This document shows, piece after piece, positions 28,908 to 37,300 of a stretch of DNA of 64,000 nt (its first letter is position 1; each line of letters begins with the position of its first letter). Origin of the DNA: a virus (Duplodnaviria; Caudoviricetes); IMG/VR virus record IMGVR_UViG_3300042465_007707, positions 177-64,176 of that record. The stretch is one strand, 5' to 3'. The notes under the pieces were generated by a model that ran no database searches, was not told the DNA's origin, and saw only the letters and a program-made list of their open reading frames with translations. Made by a program: the position numbers and the translations under genes.

Positions 28908-29756
28908 ATGACGGAAAAATTAACAAAGCTATTATATAGAAAACAAATAGCAGAATCAAACTTAGAAAAATACGCTAATGGATTAGCAATATATTCAAAT
29001 CTTTGTGACCAAATAGATTCAACTTTAAAAACTAGTGATTTAAGCTTTTTAGAACGTGCCAGATTAGAAGCTGAATTAGATAAGTACAATTGGGAAGCTA
29101 GAATATTCGCCACTAACTACAAAACAACTCAAAGAGATTACCAACATAATATACTACCTATAATTGATACGGAAGCAACTGAAGAGGAAAAAAAATCAAT
29201 TGAGTTCAAAGATTTAAGTGAGGAAGCAAAAGAATTAGCTGAAAATGAAATATTCGGGAAAGCGGTAAAAGAACCTGCGAATATCGAACACGTTGAAATG
29301 ATTGAAAGTATTAAAAAATATTTAGCGATACTTAAAAATACAAGCAAGGAATTAACTAAAAAACTTGAATCAGACAAGATTATTTCAAAACTTGAAATTT
29401 GTAAACTTCAAAAAGAATTATATGATACGGACGTTCATATTAAATGTTTAGAAAAAAGATTAAATAACCGTACAGATTACTATGTTAATCAGTTCCTGCC
29501 TGTTTATACAGTTGAATTAGCTGAAGCAAAAGAAAAACTTGAATCCTACTACGAAAGAGGGGTTAAACTAGCTGAATCTGGTATTGACGTTCAACTTCAA
29601 TTTGTGATTCAAAAATATGAAGAGCATAAAAATAGCGAAGAGAGAATATGGCTATACTATACAGCTTTAAAATCTCGTGTAAATTCTTTAATTGAAGAAA
29701 TTAAAAGTGATCCGATTAAGTATAAGGATTTACAACATCTAACAAGTCCTGTATAA
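28908..29756 (+). CDS. helical/coiled-coil hypothetical protein
   Basis: Long ORF, heptad-like, apparent internal duplication. Confidence 0.75.
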   Translation: MTEKLTKLLYRKQIAESNLEKYANGLAIYSNLCDQIDSTLKTSDLSFLERARLEAELDKYNWEARIFATNYKTTQRDYQHNILPIIDTEATEEEKKSIEFKDLSEEAKELAENEIFGKAVKEPANIEHVEMIESIKKYLAILKNTSKELTKKLESDKIISKLEICKLQKELYDTDVHIKCLEKRLNNRTDYYVNQFLPVYTVELAEAKEKLESYYERGVKLAESGIDVQLQFVIQKYEEHKNSEERIWLYYTALKSRVNSLIEEIKSDPIKYKDLQHLTSPV

Positions 29757-30025
29757 TGAAGCTGCCTTACGAAAGCAAGCGTATTGCTGTTTTAGTTAAT
29801 TTATTAGAGCAAAAAGAAAATGACTTAAAAATAGCGAACGAAGTTACTTTGCAATTCATAAAAGATAAAGTTGATTTAAATACTTTAGAACTCCAGATAA
29901 CAAAAAGAAATTTGCTTTTTATTGATATTTCAGGTATTAATTCACAGATAAAAAACCTTCAAAGAGGAAAATATCAGTACGGTTTAGAGATTCAAGAAAG
30001 GGACGTAAAGAAATGGACAGATTGA
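29756..30025 (+). CDS. hypothetical protein
   Basis: TAATG-coupled ORF. Confidence 0.7.
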   Translation: MKLPYESKRIAVLVNLLEQKENDLKIANEVTLQFIKDKVDLNTLELQITKRNLLFIDISGINSQIKNLQRGKYQYGLEIQERDVKKWTD

Positions 30026-30029
30026 AATT

Positions 30030-30057
30030 AAGGGAGTTTTTTTAACTCCCTTTTTTT
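30030..30057. terminator. terminator between converging genes
   Basis: AAGGGAGTT/AACTCCCTT stem plus T run. Confidence 0.75.
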
Positions 30058-31036
30058 ATAATTCTTTAAAATCTAATCCGTCAAATGAATTGTAAACATC
30101 TTCATCTGTAACATCGCTAAAATCTACTTTACTTACTACTTTTTCTTTAATTGAAATTTTTTTAGAAGTAGTTTCTCCAACTAAATCAAATAAAGGGTTT
30201 ATTGACTCTTGCATAATTATTATTTTTTCTATTGTTTTTGGAGCTATTATTTCTTCAAATTTTTCTTGATTTATTTCCGACATATCAATTCTACTATAAT
30301 AAAACCACATTCTAACAGATTCAAGTGCTTTCATATTATAGTTTATAGCATTTATAGGGCTTGGAATAAATTTCGTATCAATGCCTTCAATTGCAAGTTG
30401 ATTTTGCATAGGATCAACTCTAGGTCTATTAAAATCAACTGAAACTACTCCTGTAGCTAACTTTGTTGTTTTCTTCAACCGCTGCATAGCTTGAACCTGA
30501 GTATTAGCATACACATTAACCGTATTAATTATATACGGTTGAGATTGAAGTTCATTAAGCAACTCCGAATAAGATATATTTGTTCCTGTTGATACAACTA
30601 CTGTTGTTCCTGATATAGCTATCCATGGATTTCCAGCAGGATAAGATACATTAGGCGTTAAAGACGAAAATATAGTTGGAACAAATGTTGGATTTATAAT
30701 CCTAATTATTAAAGTATAATTTGGAGAAATTCCATTTGGAGCATAAGAAAAAAAAGCGTATCCTAAACCTGTGAATAAAAACGCATTAAGGTCAGCTATT
30801 AACAAGTCAATTGTAGCTAATAAAGGAGAGGTGAAATAATTATTAGGAACGCCCCCTAAAGTGTAGTCTAATTTAAATTGATTAACTAAGGTAAAAGGAA
30901 AATTAATTCGATAATAAGTCGTTGTGTTGCTCGAAGAACTACCACTTAATCCGCCCGAAAATAAATTTATCTCACTATCGGCATTGGCAATGTTAGTTAA
31001 TTCTAATGATATTAATTCGCTTTCTGGATTCTTCAT
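30056..31036 (-). CDS. capsid-protein paralog with insertion (candidate penton/minor capsid protein)
   Basis: ISYSELLNELQSQPY and RPRVDPMQNQ align with ITYAEFLQDIKSSPF and NPRLDPMQNQ of 27120..27782; start moved to MKNPES (promoter at 31042-31049). Confidence 0.6.
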   Translation of the reverse strand: MKNPESELISLELTNIANADSEINLFSGGLSGSSSSNTTTYYRINFPFTLVNQFKLDYTLGGVPNNYFTSPLLATIDLLIADLNAFLFTGLGYAFFSYAPNGISPNYTLIIRIINPTFVPTIFSSLTPNVSYPAGNPWIAISGTTVVVSTGTNISYSELLNELQSQPYIINTVNVYANTQVQAMQRLKKTTKLATGVVSVDFNRPRVDPMQNQLAIEGIDTKFIPSPINAINYNMKALESVRMWFYYSRIDMSEINQEKFEEIIAPKTIEKIIIMQESINPLFDLVGETTSKKISIKEKVVSKVDFSDVTDEDVYNSFDGLDFKEL

Positions 31037-31129
31037 AATTGCAAATATAATTGTTTTTAAATAAATTATAAAATAAAAAAAGCTTACCCAATGTACGGGC
31101 AAGCTTTAAATTTCATTAAAATAAGATAA

Positions 31130-31312
31130 TTATTCGTGAGAAAGTTTAGCTTCGTCTTTAGAAATTTTCATTTCTTCCATCTTCATTTTACCCAGCTTTA
31201 ATTGGTTACGGTAATAAAGAATCATAAATACAGAAACTCCTACTGTAAGAATAAATAGTAATTGTTTTCCTTCAGTTGACTGACCATCTGACATTCTTTG
31301 AATATTAATCAT
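31130..31312 (-). CDS. small single-pass membrane protein
   Basis: LLFILTVGVSVFMILYY. Confidence 0.7.
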   Translation of the reverse strand: MINIQRMSDGQSTEGKQLLFILTVGVSVFMILYYRNQLKLGKMKMEEMKISKDEAKLSHE

Positions 31313-31330
31313 TTTAATTTATTTTAGTTT

Positions 31331-31741
31331 TTACCAATTCGATAGGTTTTTAAGTCCCCATCCTCCGTTTTTTTCTTCTTCTTTATGTTCCTCTACAACT
31401 TCTGGATTCGTAACGTGAGAAACGATATTTTGAGGTTGTTCAACGATTGGAGCAACTACTACAGGTTTTTCAACTAATAAAGGTTCGTCTTCACGTTCAC
31501 TTTCTGTATCATATTCCTCTTCCTCTTCCTCTTCCTCTTCATCGTCGCTATTTGCGTAGTGCCATGCTGCAATATCGTCTGCAATATCTACAGATAAGCC
31601 TTCCAACAAAACAATTGTTTCGGTTTTAGTCGCTAATCTTTGCTTGTTATTCCAAGTTCTTATAGCTGTTTTAATCTCTGAAGGTAAATCGCTTGCAGTT
31701 ATACCTAATTCTCTAATTACTTCTTGATGTGCGTATTCCAT
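31331..31741 (-). CDS. acidic protein with GWGLK..NW C-terminus
   Basis: Poly-Glu tract; C-terminus shared with next gene; TATATTTG at 31769-31776. Confidence 0.75.
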   Translation of the reverse strand: MEYAHQEVIRELGITASDLPSEIKTAIRTWNNKQRLATKTETIVLLEGLSVDIADDIAAWHYANSDDEEEEEEEEEYDTESEREDEPLLVEKPVVVAPIVEQPQNIVSHVTNPEVVEEHKEEEKNGGWGLKNLSNW

Positions 31742-31823
31742 TTTATATAAGTTTAAAATTCAAGGCACAAATATAAGCAAAAGTTGGTTACATTTTACAT
31801 AGTAACCAACTCCATTTTGTTTA

Positions 31824-33884
31824 CTACCAATTAAGGAATTTTAATCCCCAACCTGAAGCATTTTTGCCTATTTCTCCACCGTCTTTAAATTGAGGTTTAC
31901 CTTTAGTCTTAACAATTGCATATTTACCTTTTGAATCATTTTTATACTCAATGTAAGTGCTTTGTTCTGGGTAAGATTTTTTTATTTCTTTTTGTTTGTA
32001 TTCAATTGCCATAGGTAAATTATCAACCTCAGATTCATAAATTTTCCCTAGAATTTCTCCACCGTCTTCGAATTTATCTTCTTTGCTCATATCACCTCTA
32101 TTCAAACGATTCTCGTAATAGACAGACCCATCTGCCGAAACTCTTTTTCCTAAAGGTAGGGCTTCACGTTTTCTGTCTGAAGATTCGCTTCTTTTGTGAC
32201 CTTTACTTGGTTCGTTGCTTGGTGTTGCACCTTTTTTAGCTTTCAATTTAGCAACTAGCTTTTTGTGGTCTGCTTTTGCTGGTTTATTTTTTTGTTTGTA
32301 AGATTCTGAAAGTTTATTTCTTTCATTTAAAGCCATTTTATTCCATTCCGATTCTGTCAAGTCAAAGAATTTAATAACTTTTAAATCATCACCAACAACT
32401 TTGCTTTTAATACCAGTTTTAACAACCACTTTTTTAGCAACAGCCTTTTTGATTGGTGCTTTTCTAGTTGTTGGTTTTTTAGTTGTTGCTGTAGCTTTTT
32501 TAAATAAAGCCAATTCTTTTTCGTCACGTTTTCTTTGAGTTTCAGAAATAGTTTTATCTTTTAGACTAGCTTCTAAATTTTTAACTTTAGCTCCAACGTA
32601 ATCTTCAGCCTTAAATCTTTCGTATTTTTCGATTGATCCAAAACCATATATCTTATTTTTGTTTTTATTAGCTAATTCTTTTGCGCTTTTTTCTGCATTT
32701 GCTAATGTTGAATGTTTAGATATAATTTCGTATGTAGCATCTTCATATACAACGTATTCATCTTTATGTTCTTCTTTTTCCTCTGCTTTAGTTTCCTTGC
32801 TTTCGTGTAATTGCTTTTTTAACTTTTCTATTTCATCTTTTGCTTTATCTTTAGCAAATTGAGGAAAATCTCCATCTATAACAGCTTGTAAATCTTCAAT
32901 TTTTGATTGGATTTCTCCACCACCTTCGTATTGACCTTCTCTAATATGTTTTTGTAAAGAAAGTTTTACATATCTTGGTAAATTAACATATTTTGTTTCA
33001 ACTATTTTATCATTATCAACAAACCTAAATCCAATTTCTGCACCTTTAGAACCTTGTATTCTTTTTGTTGTTTTTATTTTTTCATTATAAAATTCTTCAT
33101 CAAATCCTATTTCGTTAACGTGGTCTGATAAAAAATGATATTTTTGGTCTAAATTCCAACTATTATCCCAAATATCCCCCTCGTATCTGTTTTTATATTG
33201 ATTTTCAATACTACCACCACCTTCAAAAAACCCAAAACGTTTCTTTTTAGCAACAGGAGTTTCTGAAAAGCTAATTACTTCATAAGGTTCAACAAATCTC
33301 TCTCCGTCATCTGTGCCAACTATATAGCTGCTACCTTTTTTCTCTCTTATAATTCCACTTCTCGGAGTTCCGTAGTCACCTTTAAAGCTTATTGTGTTAC
33401 CTATTTCACCACCTACAGCAAACATTCTCTCGTCTTTATATCCTTTTCTCATTGGTTTATCTTTTGCGTATCTTGTTTCGTAATCTTCACTTTTATTTAC
33501 ATATCTTTTTTCAATAACGTTTCCGCCTTTTGAAAACATTTTAGATTCTCCGTCTTTTTTGTCGCTTATAGAATCAATATATTTTATAATTGTACTTCTA
33601 ATTGCACCATCTTTTGGATTTTTTGATCTATACTCCCATTTTCTATCGTAACGACCAACACTTGAATTTTCATTATAAATATTCAAATAATAAATAGAAC
33701 CTTTATTTATTCCGTCAGTTCCATTATTATCTGTTTCAGCTGTAAAAGTATAGTCACCTAAATTACCTTCGTATGAATGAAAAACCCTATTAGGTTCGTC
33801 TTTTCTAGCTCGAAATTCATTTTTAGTTATGTTAACTTTCATTTTATCATCACCAACACCGCCACCGTTATCTTGTTTTGTCAT
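31824..33884 (-). CDS. polyvalent-type protein with FxxGG-delimited segments
   Basis: MFSKGG, MFAVGG, FFEGGG, YEGGG, FEDGG, FKDGG; Lys/Ala-rich basic tract; DRKREALPLGKRVSADGSVYYENRLNRGD motif. Confidence 0.7.
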   Translation of the reverse strand: MTKQDNGGGVGDDKMKVNITKNEFRARKDEPNRVFHSYEGNLGDYTFTAETDNNGTDGINKGSIYYLNIYNENSSVGRYDRKWEYRSKNPKDGAIRSTIIKYIDSISDKKDGESKMFSKGGNVIEKRYVNKSEDYETRYAKDKPMRKGYKDERMFAVGGEIGNTISFKGDYGTPRSGIIREKKGSSYIVGTDDGERFVEPYEVISFSETPVAKKKRFGFFEGGGSIENQYKNRYEGDIWDNSWNLDQKYHFLSDHVNEIGFDEEFYNEKIKTTKRIQGSKGAEIGFRFVDNDKIVETKYVNLPRYVKLSLQKHIREGQYEGGGEIQSKIEDLQAVIDGDFPQFAKDKAKDEIEKLKKQLHESKETKAEEKEEHKDEYVVYEDATYEIISKHSTLANAEKSAKELANKNKNKIYGFGSIEKYERFKAEDYVGAKVKNLEASLKDKTISETQRKRDEKELALFKKATATTKKPTTRKAPIKKAVAKKVVVKTGIKSKVVGDDLKVIKFFDLTESEWNKMALNERNKLSESYKQKNKPAKADHKKLVAKLKAKKGATPSNEPSKGHKRSESSDRKREALPLGKRVSADGSVYYENRLNRGDMSKEDKFEDGGEILGKIYESEVDNLPMAIEYKQKEIKKSYPEQSTYIEYKNDSKGKYAIVKTKGKPQFKDGGEIGKNASGWGLKFLNW

Positions 33885-33978
33885 TTTTTCAATATTTTGT
33901 TTGTAAAGTTAATTGTTTTGTAATGATTTATAAAATCAAAAATAATAGGTAGCTTTGAATAGCTACCTATTATTTATT

Positions 33979-34323
33979 TTAAACTAAAGTTAAAATCATT
34001 TGCAAACCTCTTATTTGTTTTTCAACGATAGCTTTTTGTTCATCTTCTAACATAGGCACTAAAAGTTTTAAACCTCTAATCTGTTTTTCAACAATAGATT
34101 TTTGAGATTCATTTGATCCTTCAGTAATAACCTTTTCTACATTTTGATTTTGATATTTTTCAACTTTTTCTTTTATCTCAATAAATATAGGTTCTCTTTC
34201 CGATAAATACTTTAATTCTGGATCGGTTAAAATTTCTGTCTTAATGAAATTAGAAAATTGTTCTGGCAGTTTAGAGTAATCTAAATTTCTAAAATACGAC
34301 TCTACTATAGTATATTTACTCAT
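33979..34323 (-). CDS. hypothetical protein with duplicated EKQIRGL C-terminal motif
   Basis: C-terminus nearly identical to that of 42993..45305. Confidence 0.75.
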   Translation of the reverse strand: MSKYTIVESYFRNLDYSKLPEQFSNFIKTEILTDPELKYLSEREPIFIEIKEKVEKYQNQNVEKVITEGSNESQKSIVEKQIRGLKLLVPMLEDEQKAIVEKQIRGLQMILTLV

Positions 34324-34324
34324 T

Positions 34325-37300
34325 TTATATAAGTTTTGCTAATTGAATTAGTTTCTGTTTTATTCTAGCTACTTTATTAGGCTCTGATATATTTTCATAA
34401 TTTCTATCATTAGGAATTTCCATACCACCTTTTTCAAGTACATTGTAATCTCTAGTTGAAGCATCTATGACCATATATCCATCAACAACATTTTTAAGCT
34501 CGTCTAGGGCTTCTTTGCCTTTTGAAAAGAAATCATCAATAACTGACACAGGGACAAACCTTCCAGTTTTTTGATACCTTGAAAGCATCCTTTCTTTAAC
34601 TTCTTTATAAGGAACTTTATCCATATAAACTATAAATACTTTGTAACCTAACCTTTTTAAAGTGCCTATTAATGGTAAATAGTTTTTAGTGCTATTCATT
34701 GTGCCATCATAGATCATATCAAATTGACAAGGAACTCCGATTTCTTTATCTGTAAGTAAAGTATTAATTATATCCTTCGTTTCTAAATGTGTAGAGTTTG
34801 CGTTCCAACCTTTATACTCAGGTAATTTAGCTCTAACTTCATCAGCATCTATTTTAAATATAGCATCGTTCAACAAATAAGGTGCATAAGTTTTAAGGAA
34901 ACTTGATTTACCAGAAGCAGGGCTACCACCTGTTAAAATAGCTATTGGCTGTTCATCTTTTAAACAATTAATTTGCTCTTTTAATTCGTTAATTATTTCG
35001 TAATGTAATAATTTTCTTTCTTCCGTATAATCTCCGTTAATATCAATGTGCATTGATTTTGTTTGCGGTAAAGATTCAACACACTCTGTAAGTTTCTTTA
35101 TAGAATCGTCATCTATTTTACGAACCCCTTCTCCGTCCAATAATTCACAACTTTCATAAACTAATTTTTCTTTTTTAGGTTCTTTTAATCGTTTAATACT
35201 TAATAAATAGTTAAGTCTTTCAAATTCCTTTACTAAAGTAGGTACGCTTTTTAATTCATATTTATTTTTTTCCCTATCTAATATAATTTCTTCAGTCCTT
35301 TTACCTACATATTCTGGAGAAGCTAAAAATTTAACTTCTTCACTTAAAGCAATAACCTTTTGTTTACTTTCGTCTATGTAAGAATCAATTCTTTCTACTT
35401 TTATGCTACGAGGATTTAAAAGGTCTTTATTTTCTTTTTCTACAAGCCTTTTACTTTCTATAGAATAATCTAACCAATAAGGTCTAAAAGGTCTTTGAAC
35501 ATTTGAAATATCCTCTTGTTTGAATTTTTTAAGTATTTCGTCCATAGCATATCTTCTATCATAATCAGTTATTATTATCTTACCAAAATCATCTTTTGGA
35601 TATTCTGACTTAAAGAAAGTAATTAAGAAATTAACCTTTTGAATAATATCTAAATCTTTTTTTGAAGGTGCTATTTGAGTTAGTAATTCATCAATTTCAT
35701 CTTTATAGCGACTTAATGTATCTAAACTTGATTTATATGCAATTAACCTATCTTGAACACTTTTTAATGAATTTATATCATCTTGAATTTTAGTGTTTTT
35801 AACCTCAATCTCAAATAAAGCAATAACTTTTGGGTCTTTTATAAGTGCATATTTTATTTCTTGTGGATCAATTTCCTCAATTTTTAATACACTTTTACCA
35901 TCGTTGCTCCAAATACTGTTTATTCTAGCTGTTTTTTCTTCTAATTTCTGGAACATAAATATATCAATACTATCAATCATTAATGGATTGACAATACGAA
36001 CATTCATAAACTCATTTTGTTGACGCCAAATTCTACCTTGTAACTGAATCATATCAGTAGGATTCCAATCTAAAAAACAATTGTATAAACAAGTTGATTT
36101 TTTTTGTAGGTTAATGCCTTCCTTTATAGAACTTGAACCTAGTAAAATTTTCATTCTCTGAGAATCACTAATATTTTCGTATTCTTTGGTTTTTTCATCA
36201 TACCTTCTACCTAAAAAAGAATCCTGAGATATTCTTTTTTTATCGACACTCATTTTAGCAGTTATTTGTCCTACTTCGTGTTTTTCAAAACCAATTTCGT
36301 TAATAAGATAATCAATTATAAGATTAAAGTATTTTAAACCACGATCCATATAAATAACCTGACCTGACATTGGCTCGTTATGTTCTTCATGGTATTTTTT
36401 AATTGATCTAATACACTCCATTACATATTTAAGCTTAGGGCTTGTGTTTATGTAATCTAAATATGTTGGCTCTCCTAAATCATTGTATTCATATAAATAA
36501 GGGCTTAAAGCTATGTTTCTAGCAAAATTCATGCTTCTTAATGCACGAACTCCCGATTTTTCTTTATCGGTTAAACTATCATCGTCTATTGTATCTTCAT
36601 CAGATGAATCATTTAATTTTTCAGAATCTATATCGTCTGCGTTAGAATGTTTTATCAAACCTAGTTCAATTTTGCCTTCTGCGTAACTAACTACATCAGA
36701 CATGAATCTTTTTTGAGCAAAAGACATTTCTATATTACAAGTAACTTCCTCCTCTTTTGATAATCTAACTACTTCATTGTTCACTAATTTTTTAGTAAAT
36801 GGAATAACTATTTTATTAGGTCGAATAACCCCAATATCATCACCCTCTTTATAGTTGAAATATCTTAATATTATTTTTTGCAGCGAAGGTAAATTATTGA
36901 ACCCTTTAACGATTTCTTTATATTGTGGCTGTAATTTATGATTTACAATTAATTCACTATTTACATCAATATAATTATCAAAAAAGTCTGTTATATTTTT
37001 TAACCCTAAACTATCTAATTGATTATAAGCAACCATTGATAGCATACTAAACACTTCCAAAGGTGAATTTGTAAATGGTGTTGCAGTCAACATTAATACA
37101 TTTCTGTTTTTATTGTTTTTCAGAATATATTGGCTAATCATAAAACCTTTCAATGCAGTATCTGAAGGGCTACCAGATTGTATTTTATATTGTTGTTTTG
37201 CTTTTTTTCCAGAAGATTCAGCTTCACCTTTTACGGATGTAAAAACTTTTTTCAAGGCGTGAGCTTCATCAAAACAAACAAAATCTAATCCAAGTGCTTC

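Noticed and set aside
31505-31545. Purine-rich GAA/GAG-type repeat
   Set aside because: Simply encodes the poly-Glu tract of 31331..31741
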